In this document: piece by piece, positions 41,006-52,084 of the stretch | Position numbering within the stretch: the first letter of the stretch is position 1 | Layout: the number at the start of each line of letters is the position of its first letter | Assembly: GCA_963771465.1 (NCBI GenBank) | Contig: CAVYTU010000015.1 | Location: forward strand, 288,001 to 352,000 | Source: an uncultured delta proteobacterium | GTDB lineage: Bacteria > Desulfobacterota > Binatia > UBA9968 | Direction: 5' to 3' | Length of the DNA: 64,000 bases | Notes under the pieces: model-generated | Databases searched by the model: none | Told to the model about the DNA's origin: nothing | Seen by the model: only the letters and a program-made list of their open reading frames with translations | Program-made: the position numbers and the translations under genes

Positions 41006-42700
41006 TCAATTGGACACTTGACCCTCCGCCTCAACTCGTGACGCCATTTTGTAGGGCGCCGCCACGCCTAAAATCTCCAGCCCCCGGCGAATCGTCTTTT
41101 GCACGTTCTCCAGCAATAACAAGCGCGCCCGGCTGAGATCGACGTCATCCGAAATCACCCTGTGGCGGTTGTAGTAGCGATGAAACTCACCGGCGAGTTC
41201 GAGCAAGTAAAAAACCATCCGATGCGGTTCGAGCTCGCGCACCGAATCCGCCAGAACATCGTTGAATTGAATCATCTGGCGCACCAATTCCAATTCCTCG
41301 GCGAGCTCCAAGCGCTCCACGGGAACGCTGTCATGGGCGCCGAGCGCGACGCCGCTTTTGGCCGCCTGCTCAAAGATGCTCGCTACCCGCGCATGGGCAT
41401 ACTGCACGTAAAATACCGGATTCTCGCTCGACTGTTTTTTGGCCAGCTCCAAATCAAAATCGAGATGGCTGTCCGATTTACGCATTAAAAAAAAGAACCG
41501 CGCCGCATCCGCGCCGACTTCGTCCAACACTTCTTCCAGCGCGACGAATTCGCCGGTGCGTTTGCCCATGCGCACCGGCTCGCCGGCGCGGGTGAGCTGG
41601 ACCATTTGGACAAGCACCACTTGCAAAGCGTTGGGGTCGTAACCCAACCCCTGCATCGCCGCCTTCAAGCGCGCCACGTAGCCGTGATGATCGGCGCCCC
41701 AGACGTTGATCAGCTTGGTGAATTTACGCTCAAACTTGTTGCGGTGATAGGCGATGTCGGCGGCGAAATAGGTCAGCTCGCCGTCGCTCTTGATCACCGT
41801 GCGGTCCTTGTCGTCGCCGAACTGGGTCGAACGATACCACTCGGCGCCGTCTTGGGCATAAAGCAAGCCGAGAGCGCGCAAACGCGCCATCGACTCGGCC
41901 ACTTCGCTGCGCTCGCGCATGGCCTTCTCGCTGAAATAGGTATCGAAGCGAATGCCGAACTGGCCAAGCTGCCCGCGGATCGTGTTCAATAGGGAATCGC
42001 CGCCGTATTGCCGAAAGAAATTTGTCGCCGTCTCCTTGTTCACGTACAAAAACTTATCGCCGTCGCGCGCTTTCACTTCGGCAGCAAGCTCTTTGACGTA
42101 ATCGCCCGGATAGCCGCCTTCAGGAAACTCGACTTGCTCGCCGAACGCTTCCCGGTAGCGCGCGTAAAGCGACAGAGCCAAATTCTCCATCTGGTTGCCG
42201 GCGTCGTTGACGTAGTATTCCCTTTCGACATCGAAGCCGGTCGCTTCGTGCAAGCGCGCCAGCACGTCGCCGATCACAGCTACTCGGCCGTGACCGACGT
42301 GCAGCGGCCCGGTTGGATTGACACTGGCAAATTCAACTTGCACTTTTTGTCGGTGGCCGATGTCGAGTTGGGAATTCGTACCGGCATCGATGACGCGCAG
42401 TTGCTGGAAATAAAATTTCGGCGCGAACGCGAAATTTAAAAACCCCGGCCCGGCGATCTCCTTACGAGCGAGAATTCCGTCGGCATCGTCGATGTTTTTG
42501 AGAATCGCTTCGGCCAACGCTCGCGGCGCTTTTTTCGCGCTCTTCGCCCAAAGCATGGCGACGTTTGACGACAAGTCGCCAAACTCACGCTGCTTCGGCG
42601 GCTCAAACAACAAGGGCGGAATCTCCGTAATATTCAGCCCTTCAACCCGCGCCGCTTTCTCGACGGCTGGGGCCAAAAGCGTCTTAAGGTGACTTCGCAT
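41006..42700 (-). CDS. argS: Arginine--tRNA ligase
   Basis: SVNPTGPLHVGHGR, GADHHGY, MGKRTG and YVQYAHAR motifs. Confidence 0.98.
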   Translation of the reverse strand: MRSHLKTLLAPAVEKAARVEGLNITEIPPLLFEPPKQREFGDLSSNVAMLWAKSAKKAPRALAEAILKNIDDADGILARKEIAGPGFLNFAFAPKFYFQQLRVIDAGTNSQLDIGHRQKVQVEFASVNPTGPLHVGHGRVAVIGDVLARLHEATGFDVEREYYVNDAGNQMENLALSLYARYREAFGEQVEFPEGGYPGDYVKELAAEVKARDGDKFLYVNKETATNFFRQYGGDSLLNTIRGQLGQFGIRFDTYFSEKAMRERSEVAESMARLRALGLLYAQDGAEWYRSTQFGDDKDRTVIKSDGELTYFAADIAYHRNKFERKFTKLINVWGADHHGYVARLKAAMQGLGYDPNALQVVLVQMVQLTRAGEPVRMGKRTGEFVALEEVLDEVGADAARFFFLMRKSDSHLDFDLELAKKQSSENPVFYVQYAHARVASIFEQAAKSGVALGAHDSVPVERLELAEELELVRQMIQFNDVLADSVRELEPHRMVFYLLELAGEFHRYYNRHRVISDDVDLSRARLLLLENVQKTIRRGLEILGVAAPYKMASRVEAEGQVSN

Positions 42701-42860
42701 CGTTTCTCTTAAAAATCCGTTTCCGCTCCCGGCGCTGGCGTCAGAGAACGAGAAGTTTAGTAACTAAGTAACGGGGAATTACGACCGACAACGAAAACAA
42801 TTTAACGTAATGAACTGACCTGTGCAAACCAGGCTCTTCACATTCTGGCAGGCGTCCGCC

Positions 42861-43577
42861 TCACCTCTTTTTTGAATCCTTCAATAGCCGGCGAATCTCC
42901 GGAGGAAACTCGCGCTTGGGCGAATTGTCCTTGGGCCTAAATGGCGGCAGCGTCGCATCTTTGCGCGCCGCGGCGACATACTGCCGCTTCGTCACAGCTT
43001 CATCGCGAACCCAATACTTCGGATAGCCGCGTCTGAGTTTCCCCGCAAAATTCCACTCACGGTTTATGCCATGAGACTTTCCTTCGTACCAATGTTTTTC
43101 ATCCCAAACGGACTTCTCGTCATCGTTTAGCCACCAAACAAATCCATGTAACAATCCATTTCGAACAGAATGTATTTCACACACGTAGTAAGAGGGACCG
43201 TGGAAACTCATATTGCGCCAAAGATCATAGCCGGTGCCGTGAACCATCTTGTAGGTTCCAATGACTCGGCCATCTCGACCGTATTGTTTGGCTGTACCGT
43301 GACATTTCCCGTCCCAGTAGGGCTCCACGGACAATAATGTCCCGTCATCATCCCAGGTCAGCTCGCGACCGTGCTTCTTGCCATCCTTCATCGGCGTTTC
43401 ATTGATGAGAACACCGTCGGCATTATAGTAGCGGTAGCCGACAATTTTTCTGGCAATGCGATACGCACGGACTTCCGGATGAAACACACCACCACTGCTA
43501 TGACGCTGTTCTTCGCTATAAGAACCAATCATTTCTTCCTTCGCGTCTGCGGGGATATCAGACTTATGCCGTCTCAT
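42861..43577 (-). CDS. MORN-variant repeat protein (YwqK-like)
   Basis: Repeats of (D/N/E)GxxHGxxxxW/Y such as DGKKHGRELTW, DGKCHGTAKQY and EGKSHGINREW. Confidence 0.72.
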   Translation of the reverse strand: MRRHKSDIPADAKEEMIGSYSEEQRHSSGGVFHPEVRAYRIARKIVGYRYYNADGVLINETPMKDGKKHGRELTWDDDGTLLSVEPYWDGKCHGTAKQYGRDGRVIGTYKMVHGTGYDLWRNMSFHGPSYYVCEIHSVRNGLLHGFVWWLNDDEKSVWDEKHWYEGKSHGINREWNFAGKLRRGYPKYWVRDEAVTKRQYVAAARKDATLPPFRPKDNSPKREFPPEIRRLLKDSKKR

Positions 43578-43638
43578 ATAAATTTAGGATTGCGATCGGA
43601 GCGACTGATGGCGGCAAGAATGAGCGGCGAACTCGTGC

Positions 43639-44175
43639 CTAGCGCAACGACAAAAACTTCGCCGGCACGTTCTCGACCAGGAACAACGGCCCGGACTCAT
43701 AGAAGCGAATCCCTTCGGCATGGGCGGCTTGTGCGGCAATAACGAGTATCGTCGGCGATGGATCATGCCGGCGCGCCACCGACTCGGCCTCGTCGGCGCT
43801 AAGGCTTAGATGAACGTATTGGCGATCACGCGGCTGCAATCCGTTATGCAGCATCGACTCGGCCAGATCGCGCGCCGCCCCGAAATAAAGTTCTGCCGGC
43901 GGCTCCGGCGCCGTAGCGCCAAGATCGATGGGAAAAGAATGACCGTAGGTGGCGCGCACTTTCTCGCCGCGAATCTCGAAGCGTTTTTTCTCCGCGCCGG
44001 CGATCAGCGAGCGAATCTGTTCTTCGCTAACGTCGTAAAAGCGCTCCTGCACCATGTCGACGACTTCCGGCCAACGCGCGAAGCCCTCGCGGTCGATCGC
44101 CAGGGGATAATCCTTGGGCCTGTGACGCAGGAGAAAAGTCAGAAAGCGCGACAGTCGTTCCGGCGCGAGTGCCAA
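43639..44175 (-). CDS. kptA: RNA 2'-phosphotransferase (KptA/Tpt1 family)
   Basis: LSRFL..LLRH, KKRFE, RATYGHS and RQYVHLS motifs; TTG start after GAGGG. Confidence 0.88.
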   Translation of the reverse strand: MALAPERLSRFLTFLLRHRPKDYPLAIDREGFARWPEVVDMVQERFYDVSEEQIRSLIAGAEKKRFEIRGEKVRATYGHSFPIDLGATAPEPPAELYFGAARDLAESMLHNGLQPRDRQYVHLSLSADEAESVARRHDPSPTILVIAAQAAHAEGIRFYESGPLFLVENVPAKFLSLR

Positions 44176-44185
44176 GCGACCCTCG

Positions 44186-45064
44186 CTATTTTTTCGCCCC
44201 GGTGATGATGTCGTAAACGTTGCAGGCGATACCGGTCGCTTCGTAGCCGTCCTGGCCGGTGGCCTGGGCGATGGAAAACATCTGATAGGCCAACGCGACG
44301 AACGGCATGGGCACCTCCATCTCACGCGCCATGTCGAGGCCGAAGCCGACGTCTTTGGGCATCCAGGATTTACGTGGTTTGTATTTTTTGCTGACAATGA
44401 TTTCCATGATCCGGTCGATGGCGACGGAATCCTGCTGCGAGTTCTTTAGGATGGTGCGAAAAGTATCTTCGTTGAGGCCGCCTTTTTTCAACCAAGCGCA
44501 AGTCTCCGCCAGCGTCAGATGCACCACCGCGGCGAACATCGCCATGGCGTTCTTCACCAGCTTGGCGTTACCAAGCTCGCCGACGTGGATAATCTTATTG
44601 CCCATCGCTTTGAACACCGCTTGGTGCTGATCGAAAATTTCCTTCGACCCCGACAACCAGAGCGACAACGTGCCGGCCGCCGCCGCTTCCTCGACGCCGC
44701 CGGCCGAACCGTCGAGAATAGTCCAGCCTTTCTTCGAAAGCTCGGCGTTGACGCCGACGATGGTTTTCTTGTCGATGCTGCTAAAATCGATCCAGAGCTT
44801 TGCGCCGCTCGCCGCTTCATGCAACCCACCTTTGCCGAGTCCGACCGCATGCACCGCCTGGTTGTAAGGCAGCATCGACAACACGATCTCGCACGACTCC
44901 GCGATCGCCTTGGGCGAATCTTTAAATAGCGCACCCTGGCTTTCCAAGCCTTGGCACTGCTCCCGGCGCAAATCGGTGACGACCAACTTGTTGCCCGCCT
45001 TGATCAAGTTCGCCGCCATGCCGCTGCCCATGCCGCCGGTGCCAATGAATCCCAATGTAGCCAT
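44186..45064 (-). CDS. NAD(P)-dependent beta-hydroxyacid dehydrogenase family protein
   Basis: GFIGTGGMGSGMA, AKLVKN and KDVGFGL motifs. Confidence 0.85.
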   Translation of the reverse strand: MATLGFIGTGGMGSGMAANLIKAGNKLVVTDLRREQCQGLESQGALFKDSPKAIAESCEIVLSMLPYNQAVHAVGLGKGGLHEAASGAKLWIDFSSIDKKTIVGVNAELSKKGWTILDGSAGGVEEAAAAGTLSLWLSGSKEIFDQHQAVFKAMGNKIIHVGELGNAKLVKNAMAMFAAVVHLTLAETCAWLKKGGLNEDTFRTILKNSQQDSVAIDRIMEIIVSKKYKPRKSWMPKDVGFGLDMAREMEVPMPFVALAYQMFSIAQATGQDGYEATGIACNVYDIITGAKK

Positions 45065-45097
45065 GTTGCCTCCCTGGAAACCCAAGTGAATTGATAA

Positions 45098-45478
45098 TCA
45101 GTCGACCATCCGCACCCCAGCGGGCCACACAACCAGCACAACGGTCTCGCCGATTGCCCGCGGCGTGTGCACGGATAGTGGATCGAGAAACACCACCTCG
45201 CCAGTTTCGTACTCGCCGGTCTCGTCAGCGATCTTGCCCTTAAGCACGAGGTAAAACTCGCCGCCTAAATGCTCGTGTTTGAGAAAGGCGTCGGGGGAAG
45301 CGCCGGCCGCGATGCGATAGAGCACCAACTCCCGCTTTCCCTGCCGGGCCAGCCGCGACATCTCCAAGCCGTTGCCAAAGTCGCGCCAGGTCAAGCGATC
45401 CAGCGCCGCTTCGTCGAGCTGAATCGAGAGGATATCGTTAAGCGAGCGGCGCAATACGCCAGTGCCAGTTTCTGCCAC
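45098..45478 (-). CDS. ChrR-like cupin-domain protein
   Basis: HEHLGGEFYLVLKG..SVHTP cupin motif. Confidence 0.8.
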   Translation of the reverse strand: MAETGTGVLRRSLNDILSIQLDEAALDRLTWRDFGNGLEMSRLARQGKRELVLYRIAAGASPDAFLKHEHLGGEFYLVLKGKIADETGEYETGEVVFLDPLSVHTPRAIGETVVLVVWPAGVRMVD

Positions 45479-45537
45479 GGCGTTTAGTTATCATGACTTG
45501 TGGGTGAACGAAAGACTGGCAGGCGTTATCGACAACT

Positions 45538-45612
45538 ATCCCGGATTCCGCAGTTGAAATTAGTTACATGCGCGTCGATCGCTACTTCAATTTCAACTGC
45601 GAAGTCCGGGAT
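45538..45612. repeat. 75-bp palindromic element (24-bp arms, 2 mismatches), same family as the 31607 element
   Basis: ATCCCGGATTCCGCAGTTGAAATT...AATTTCAACTGCGAAGTCCGGGAT; the right arm overlaps the last codons and stop of cysNC. Confidence 0.8.
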
Positions 45613-47443
45613 CGAATTGCGACCGAAGCCATTCGAAAATCCGCTCGACGCACAGGTCCGGACTCTCCGCCATCGTACGCAAATGAATCTCCGCTGACTC
45701 CGGCGGCTCGTAAACGCTATCGATACCGGTGAAGTTTTTTAGTTCGCCGCGCCGGGCTTTGGCGTAGAGGCCTTTGACATCGCGCCTTTCGCACTCTTCC
45801 AACGGCGTGTCGATGAACACTTCGACAAACTCACCCGGGTCGAACAAGCCGCGCGCCAGCTGGCGTTCGGCGCGGTAGGGAGAAATAAACGCGACGATGA
45901 CGATCAGTCCCGCGTCCACCAGCAGTTTTGCCACTTCGCTGACGCGGCGAATGTTTTCAACCCGGTCGGCTTCGGTGAACCCCAAATCACGATTGAGACC
46001 GTGGCGCACATTGTCGCCGTCGAGAATGTAGGTATGCTTGCTGGCGGCATGCAGACGTTGCTCCAACAGGTTGGCGATGGTCGACTTGCCCGAGCCCGAC
46101 AAGCCGGTAAGCCACAGACAGCGCGGCCGCTGCTGTTTCAAAGCCGCGCGCGCCGGCTTGGCCACTTCCAGGGCTTGCCAATGCACATTGACGGCGCGTC
46201 GCAAAGCAAAATGGATCACCCCCGCGCCGACGGTCTCATGGGTCAGCTTGTCGATAATAATAAACGCGCCCAACCGGCGGTTGTCACGGTAGGGAGCAAA
46301 CGGCACCAGGCGGTCGAAGCTGATGTTGACCGTGGCGATTTCGTTTAAGTCCAGGGTTTTAGCGGCAAGGCGGGCACCGCTGTTCATGTCCAGGCGATGC
46401 TTGATGTGGCTAATGCTCACGTTGGCGGACTTGCTATGAACCTGCGCCGCGTAGGATCGCCCCGGCAACAAGGGATGCTCGCTCATCCACAGAATATCCG
46501 CTTCGAACTGATCCGCCGCTTCGACCGGTCGTTCAGCGGCGGCAATGACGTCGCCTCGGCTGGCGTCGACGTCGTCGTCCAGAACCAAGGTCACCGACTC
46601 GCCGGAGCTGGCCACCGACTTGGTGCCGCCCCAAACGGAGATTTCTTTCACCCGGCTGGCTACCCCTGACGGACTGATGCACACACGACTCCCAGGCTCA
46701 ATCGTACCGCTGCCGATGCGCCCGGAGAAACCGCGAAAATCCAAGTTGGGCCGATTCACCCGCTGCACCGGCATGGTAAACGGCTGGTTATCGGCGGGCT
46801 CCGCGCTGGGAACCGTTTCAAGCCAGTCGAGCAGGCTTTGATTCCGGTACCATGGCATCGCCGCCGCAGCTGAGTCGACAATGTTATGTCCTTCAAGCGC
46901 GGACAGCGGAATCGCCGTGATGTTGGAAAAATTCAACTCGTGAGCGAATTGCCGGTAAGCCGTATCGATTTCATCGAACACGGCTTGCGACCAGCCAACC
47001 AGGTCCATCTTGTTAACCGCCAGCGCGATATGCCGGATACCGAACATCGCGACGATCCGGCTATGGCGTCTGGTTTGAGTCAGTACGCCCTTGCGGGCAT
47101 CGATCAGCAGCACCGCCGCCTGCGCCGTCGACGCGCCGGTGGCCATGTTGCGAGTGTATTGTTCGTGGCCGGGAGTATCGGCGACGATAAAGCGCCGCTT
47201 GGGCGTGGTAAAATAACGGTAGGCAACGTCGATGGTGATGCCCTGCTCCCGTTCGGCCTGCAAGCCATCAACGAGCAGCGCAAAATCGAGACGCTCGCCT
47301 TGTGTGCCAAATTTTTTCGAGTCGGCTTTGAGAGCTTCCAGTTGGTCATCGTAGATCAGCTTAGTTTCGTAAAGCAGCCTGCCGATCAGGGTCGATTTGC
47401 CGTCGTCGACGCTGCCGCAGGTAATGAACCGCAGGCTATCCAT
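45593..47443 (-). CDS. cysNC: Bifunctional sulfate adenylyltransferase subunit 1 / APS kinase (CysNC, NodQ-like)
   Basis: [26 protein letters not shown]; C-terminal GLSGSGKST and [10 protein letters not shown]. Confidence 0.96.
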   Translation of the reverse strand: MDSLRFITCGSVDDGKSTLIGRLLYETKLIYDDQLEALKADSKKFGTQGERLDFALLVDGLQAEREQGITIDVAYRYFTTPKRRFIVADTPGHEQYTRNMATGASTAQAAVLLIDARKGVLTQTRRHSRIVAMFGIRHIALAVNKMDLVGWSQAVFDEIDTAYRQFAHELNFSNITAIPLSALEGHNIVDSAAAAMPWYRNQSLLDWLETVPSAEPADNQPFTMPVQRVNRPNLDFRGFSGRIGSGTIEPGSRVCISPSGVASRVKEISVWGGTKSVASSGESVTLVLDDDVDASRGDVIAAAERPVEAADQFEADILWMSEHPLLPGRSYAAQVHSKSANVSISHIKHRLDMNSGARLAAKTLDLNEIATVNISFDRLVPFAPYRDNRRLGAFIIIDKLTHETVGAGVIHFALRRAVNVHWQALEVAKPARAALKQQRPRCLWLTGLSGSGKSTIANLLEQRLHAASKHTYILDGDNVRHGLNRDLGFTEADRVENIRRVSEVAKLLVDAGLIVIVAFISPYRAERQLARGLFDPGEFVEVFIDTPLEECERRDVKGLYAKARRGELKNFTGIDSVYEPPESAEIHLRTMAESPDLCVERIFEWLRSQFDPGLRS

Positions 47444-48345
47444 CAGAAATACCCTTCCTGCTTTTTGCGCTCCATGGAGCCGGCGCCGTCGTGATCGATA
47501 ATGCGCCCTTGGCGCTCCGAGGTCGTCGCGCCGAGAGTCTCGGCGACGATTTCTTCAAGTGTGGCCGCCGTGCTTTCAACAGCCGCCGTCAGTGGATAGC
47601 AGCCCAGGGTGCGAAAACGCACCAAGCGCAGTTGCGGTGCCTCGCCCGGCTCCAGCGGCAGCCGATCGTCGTCAACCATGATCCATTGGCCATGGCGTTG
47701 CACCACCGGGCGCGGCGCGGCGAAATAAAGCGGCACGATAGAAATTTGCTCCTGCCGGATATAGCCCCAAATGTCCGCCTCGGTCCAGTTTGAAAGCGGA
47801 AACACCCGGATGGATTCGCCACGGTTGATCCGCGTATTGTAGAGGTTCCAAAGTTCTGGACGCTGCGCTTTGGGCTCCCAACGATGGCCGGCTGAGCGGA
47901 AAGAAAAAATTCTTTCCTTGGCGCGCGATTTCTCCTCGTCGCGCCGGGCGCCACCGAAGGCGACGTCGAAACCGTGCAGATCGAGCGCCTGCTTGAGCGC
48001 TTCGGTTTTCATCACGTCGGTGTGATACGCGGAGCCATGAGTGAGCGGACCGATCCCCTCGGCCGCACCGCGCGGGTTGGTGTAGCGAATCAATTGACAG
48101 CCAACTTCTTGAGCAACCCGGTCGCGGAAGGCGATCATCTCGCGAAATTTCCAGCCGGTGTCGATGTGCAGCAACGGGAACGGAATCGGCCCAGGGTGGA
48201 AGGCCTTCTGCGCCAGGCGCAGCATTACCGACGAGTCTTTGCCCATGGAGTAGAGCATCACGGGTTTGGCAGCCGTCGCCGCCACCTCGCGGATGATTTC
48301 AATGGACTCTGATTCCAACTCTGCAAAAGCGTCGATAGGCATCAC
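47443..48345 (-). CDS. cysD: Sulfate adenylyltransferase subunit 2
   Basis: [29 protein letters not shown] and RKKQEGYF motifs. Confidence 0.97.
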   Translation of the reverse strand: MMPIDAFAELESESIEIIREVAATAAKPVMLYSMGKDSSVMLRLAQKAFHPGPIPFPLLHIDTGWKFREMIAFRDRVAQEVGCQLIRYTNPRGAAEGIGPLTHGSAYHTDVMKTEALKQALDLHGFDVAFGGARRDEEKSRAKERIFSFRSAGHRWEPKAQRPELWNLYNTRINRGESIRVFPLSNWTEADIWGYIRQEQISIVPLYFAAPRPVVQRHGQWIMVDDDRLPLEPGEAPQLRLVRFRTLGCYPLTAAVESTAATLEEIVAETLGATTSERQGRIIDHDGAGSMERKKQEGYF

Positions 48346-48459
48346 GATATCCTCATTTTATCAGCTGGCTTTACCGCCGCTTTTTTATTCGCGGATCGTT
48401 ACCCATTGAGAGGCACAGATCCATCATCTCCACGACGGCAGCATTGCGCCACGGCAGGA

Positions 48460-48488
48460 ACTTCAATTTCAACTGCACGATCTAGGTT
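48460..48488. repeat. Solo degenerate right arm of the same palindromic family
   Basis: ACTTCAATTTCAACTGC is identical to 45584..45600 and is followed by ACGATCTAGGTT (compare GGAATCCGGGTT). Confidence 0.65.
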
Positions 48489-48602
48489 ACCGCTCTCGGC
48501 GGACGGATCGCAATGTCGAAGAAGCGCCGCTTGCATGATTTAACGAATATTTGACCGATGATAACATAAGCGCGCAAGCGCCGAATGCCAAACCAAACGC
48601 AC

Positions 48603-48640
48603 AACAGCCCGCCGAATCCTAAGATTAACGGCGGGCTGTT
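48603..48640 (-). terminator. Probable intrinsic terminator of the alpha operon
   Basis: Perfect 12-bp stem AACAGCCCGCCG/CGGCGGGCTGTT about 30 nt after the rplQ stop; weak U tail. Confidence 0.7.
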
Positions 48641-48668
48641 ATAAACCACGATGTTTTCGGCGTAAATA

Positions 48669-49112
48669 CTAAGCGGCCGCCTCCTGTTGTTGGCGCTCGC
48701 GGCGGCGTGCGCGGCGGCCTTTTTTCTCACCGCCTGTTGCGGCTGCGCCGGCGCTTTCACTGCCAACTAATTCGATCAGCGCCATCTGGGCTGAGTCACC
48801 ATGACGAACGCCGAGTTTGATGATCCGCGTGTAGCCGCCGGGGCGGTCTTTGAAGCGCGGGCCGATGCTGTCGAACAGTTTCTTAACCACGGTTTTGTCG
48901 TAAACGATGCTCAGGACTTGCCGGCGCGCGTGCAAGTCGCCGCGCTTGCCCAGCGTGATCACGCGCTCAACCCAGCGGCGCAGTTCCTTGGCCTTGGGGT
49001 CGGTGGTTTGGATTTTTTCCTCGCGCAACAGCGCGGTGATAAGATTACGCATTAACGCCCAGCGATGGCTGGAATTGCGGCTTAGTTGTCTCCCTGATTT
49101 AAGATGACGCAT
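48669..49112 (-). CDS. rplQ: 50S ribosomal protein L17
   Basis: [12 protein letters not shown] and [10 protein letters not shown]. Confidence 0.98.
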   Translation of the reverse strand: MRHLKSGRQLSRNSSHRWALMRNLITALLREEKIQTTDPKAKELRRWVERVITLGKRGDLHARRQVLSIVYDKTVVKKLFDSIGPRFKDRPGGYTRIIKLGVRHGDSAQMALIELVGSESAGAAATGGEKKGRRARRRERQQQEAAA

Positions 49113-49115
49113 GGC

Positions 49116-50144
49116 CTAGACCTGTTCTTTCTCAGCGGCACGCTTGCGCGCGTCGATCTCTTCACGCGGCGGGAAGCGATCGACTTTCATGCCCAGCTCA
49201 AGCCCCATTTCTCTGAGAATTTCTTTGATTTCGTTGAGTGACTTATGGCCGAAATTTTTCGTCCGGAGCATTTCCTGTTCGCTTTTCTGCACCAGCTCGC
49301 CAATGTATTTAATATCGGCGTTTTGCAAGCAATTTTGCGAGCGCACCGAGAACTCGAGTTCGTCGACGCTGCGGAACAAGTTATCGTTGAGCGGGATCGA
49401 CGGCCCGTCGTCGCGCTTTTCCGGCCGCGGCTCTTCCTGGAAGTTAACGTAGATGCTCACCTGATCTTGCAATATCTTGGCGGCGTAAGCCATGGCGTCG
49501 TCCGGCTTCACGCTGCCGTCGGTGTGCACTTCGAACGTCAGTCGTTCGTAGTCGGTACGCTGCCCGACGCGCGCGTTAGTCACCGTGAAATTGACCTTCT
49601 GAATCGGCGAAAACACCGCGTCGATAAAGATCGTATCGACCGGCGCGCCTTCTTCTTTGTTGCGCTCCGCCGGCACGTAACCCCGGCCGAGCTTGACCAA
49701 CATTTCCATTTCCAACTTGGCGTCGCGCGACAACGTCGCGATCTTGTGCTCCGGGTTCAGAATATCGATGGCTGCCGGCGCGATGATATCCTTGGCGTAA
49801 ATAACTCCCGGCCCTTTGGCCTCGATCTTGAGCGTCTGCTGTTCGGTCTCGTTCAAGCGCAAACGCACTTCTTTCAGATTGAGAATGACGTCGGCGACAT
49901 CCTCGGTCACGCCCGGCACGGTGGAAAACTCGTGCAGGATATTTTTAATCCTGACCGCAACGATCGACGCTCCCATCAGCGACGACAGCAGGATGCGGCG
50001 CATCGAGTTGCCGACGGTTTGGCCAAAACCCCGTTCATAGGGCTCCGCGAAAAACCGGCCGTACGTCGAGGTTAGAGTTTTCTCTTCGACCTCCAATTGT
50101 TTAGGCTTTAGCAAATCGGTCCAATGCTTGTACACTGTCGACAT
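49116..50144 (-). CDS. rpoA: RNA polymerase alpha subunit
   Basis: [22 protein letters not shown] and [15 protein letters not shown]. Confidence 0.98.
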   Translation of the reverse strand: MSTVYKHWTDLLKPKQLEVEEKTLTSTYGRFFAEPYERGFGQTVGNSMRRILLSSLMGASIVAVRIKNILHEFSTVPGVTEDVADVILNLKEVRLRLNETEQQTLKIEAKGPGVIYAKDIIAPAAIDILNPEHKIATLSRDAKLEMEMLVKLGRGYVPAERNKEEGAPVDTIFIDAVFSPIQKVNFTVTNARVGQRTDYERLTFEVHTDGSVKPDDAMAYAAKILQDQVSIYVNFQEEPRPEKRDDGPSIPLNDNLFRSVDELEFSVRSQNCLQNADIKYIGELVQKSEQEMLRTKNFGHKSLNEIKEILREMGLELGMKVDRFPPREEIDARKRAAEKEQV

Positions 50145-50166
50145 AGTCTCTCCCAAAATTCGAATC

Positions 50167-50793
50167 TTACTTCGAATACAATTCGACGATCAGTTTTTCG
50201 TTGATCGGCATGGTGATGTCGTTGCGCGACGGCAAGATCTTGATGCGCCCGCTGCACGCATCGCGGTCCACGTCGGCCCAATCCGGCACGCCGCGCCGCT
50301 GCGCGCCGTCCATGGAGGTCAACACGCGGCCGATCTGCCGGCTCGACTCTTTGACGGACACGACATCGCCGACTTTTACCGTGAACGACGGGATGTTGAC
50401 TCTCCGGCCATTCACCAAAATATGGCCGTGACGCACCAGCAAGCGCGCTTCGGCGCGCGAGCTGGCAAAGCCCAGGCGGTAGGTAACGTTATCGAGACGC
50501 CGTTCAAGCAATATCAACAAAGTCTCGCCGGTGATGCCTTTCGTGCGCGCCGCCTCGGTGAAGGTCCGGCGAAACTGATTTTCCATAAGCCCGTACATGC
50601 GCTTGACCTTCTGTTTCTCGCGCAACTGCAAGCTGTACTCCGAGAACTTCGGCCGGCCTTGGCCGTGCTGCCCGGGCGGATAGTTGCGCCGTTCGATGGC
50701 GCACTTGTCGGTATAGCAACGCTCGCCTTTGAGAAAGAGCTTCATATTTTCGCGCCTGCAAAGCCGGCACACAGAATCCGTGTTTCTAGCCAA
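50167..50793 (-). CDS. rpsD: 30S ribosomal protein S4 (zinc-binding type)
   Basis: CRLCRRE, LERRLDN and IVELYSK. Confidence 0.98.
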   Translation of the reverse strand: MARNTDSVCRLCRRENMKLFLKGERCYTDKCAIERRNYPPGQHGQGRPKFSEYSLQLREKQKVKRMYGLMENQFRRTFTEAARTKGITGETLLILLERRLDNVTYRLGFASSRAEARLLVRHGHILVNGRRVNIPSFTVKVGDVVSVKESSRQIGRVLTSMDGAQRRGVPDWADVDRDACSGRIKILPSRNDITMPINEKLIVELYSK

Positions 50794-50814
50794 ACCTAAT
50801 TCCTCCTATATCGA

Positions 50815-51243
50815 TCAAACGCGTCGGCGTTTGGGCGGACGGCAGCCGTTGTGCGGAATCGGTGTCACGTCCTTGATTAAACTGATGTTGATGCCGGCCG
50901 ACTGCAACGCGCGCAGGGCTGATTCGCGACCGGCACCCGGACCGCGAACGAAAATTTGCACACTGCGCAAGCCATGATCCATGGCTTTTTTAGCCGCGCT
51001 ATCGGCCGCCTGCTGCGCCGCAAACGGTGTTCCCTTGCGCGAACCTTTAAATCCCATCGCCCCTGCGCTCGACCAAGAGATCACGTTGCCCTGGTAATCG
51101 GTGATGGTGACAATGGTGTTATTGAATGTCGAGTGAATATGTACCACACCTTCGGCGATATTTTTCCGTCCGCGCTTTTTGCGCGCGGCGCGGTCTGCGG
51201 CTTTTTGCTCTGCTTGCTGTTTATCGTCAGTGGCGTCTGCCAT
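50815..51243 (-). CDS. rpsK: 30S ribosomal protein S11
   Basis: STFNNTI and [18 protein letters not shown]. Confidence 0.98.
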   Translation of the reverse strand: MADATDDKQQAEQKAADRAARKKRGRKNIAEGVVHIHSTFNNTIVTITDYQGNVISWSSAGAMGFKGSRKGTPFAAQQAADSAAKKAMDHGLRSVQIFVRGPGAGRESALRALQSAGINISLIKDVTPIPHNGCRPPKRRRV

Positions 51244-51269
51244 GGGAATCTCCTAATTGCTTCGAATAC

Positions 51270-51650
51270 CTATTTAGTCGGCGCCGTTTTCTTGCCCGCC
51301 ACGGTCTTGCGCGGTCCTTTGCGGGTGCGCGCATTGGTGTGAGTACGCTGGCCGCGCACCGGTAAATTTCTCCGGTGGCGTAGGCCGCGATACGAACCCA
51401 TGTCCAGGTGGCGCTTGATATTACCGGTCACCTCGCGGCGCAGGTCGCCTTCGACCTTGACGCCCTGATCGAGAATTTGGCGGATTTTAGCGACGTCGTC
51501 GTCGCTCAAGTTGTCGCTTTTCAAATCCGGCGAGATACCCGCCTGCTTGAGAATATCCCGCGACGAGTTGCGTCCAATCCCGTAAATGTAAGTCAGCGCG
51601 ACTTCCATGCGCTTGGCTCTCGGCAAATCTACCCCTGCGATACGTGCCAT
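51270..51650 (-). CDS. rpsM: 30S ribosomal protein S13
   Basis: [10 protein letters not shown] and [14 protein letters not shown]. Confidence 0.98.
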   Translation of the reverse strand: MARIAGVDLPRAKRMEVALTYIYGIGRNSSRDILKQAGISPDLKSDNLSDDDVAKIRQILDQGVKVEGDLRREVTGNIKRHLDMGSYRGLRHRRNLPVRGQRTHTNARTRKGPRKTVAGKKTAPTK

Positions 51651-51705
51651 GTTCTCACTCCGTGTGAAATTTTAAATTTCAGATTACTGATGATTTACAA
51701 AAAAA

Positions 51706-51819
51706 TTAGCCTTGGCGCTGTTTGTGTTTGGTGTTTTCGCACAGCACCCGGACCACGCCTTTGCGCCGAATCACTTTGCACTTGTTACAAATTTTCTTAA
51801 CCGATGCTCTAACCTTCAC
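51706..51819 (-). CDS. rpmJ: 50S ribosomal protein L36 (below the ORF-track length cutoff)
   Basis: Manual translation [37 protein letters not shown]; GTG start after AGGAG. Confidence 0.97.
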   Translation of the reverse strand: MKVRASVKKICNKCKVIRRKGVVRVLCENTKHKQRQG

Positions 51820-51833
51820 GTCGGCTCCTCTTC

Positions 51834-52052
51834 TTAGCGTTCACGGAAGATGATACGCCCGCGCGCCAGATCGTAGGGCGACAGTTCTATTTTCACCTTA
51901 TCGCCCGGCAGTATCTTGATGTAATGCATGCGCATCTTGCCCGATATATGTGCCAGCACTTTGTGCCCATTTTCCAACTGCACTCGGAACATCGCATTGG
52001 GCAGCGTTTCTAGCACCGTCCCCATAACTTCAATGGCGTCTTCTTTTGGCAT
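51834..52052 (-). CDS. infA: Translation initiation factor IF-1
   Basis: LPNAMFRV and [17 protein letters not shown]. Confidence 0.98.
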   Translation of the reverse strand: MPKEDAIEVMGTVLETLPNAMFRVQLENGHKVLAHISGKMRMHYIKILPGDKVKIELSPYDLARGRIIFRER

Positions 52053-52084
52053 AGGCAGCCTGGTGAATGCAGCTCTCCTCGTGA

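Noticed and set aside
48346-48600. SAM riboswitch or sigma-54 promoter upstream of cysD
   Set aside because: No SAM aptamer core found, and the GG..GC spacing is 12 nt rather than 10
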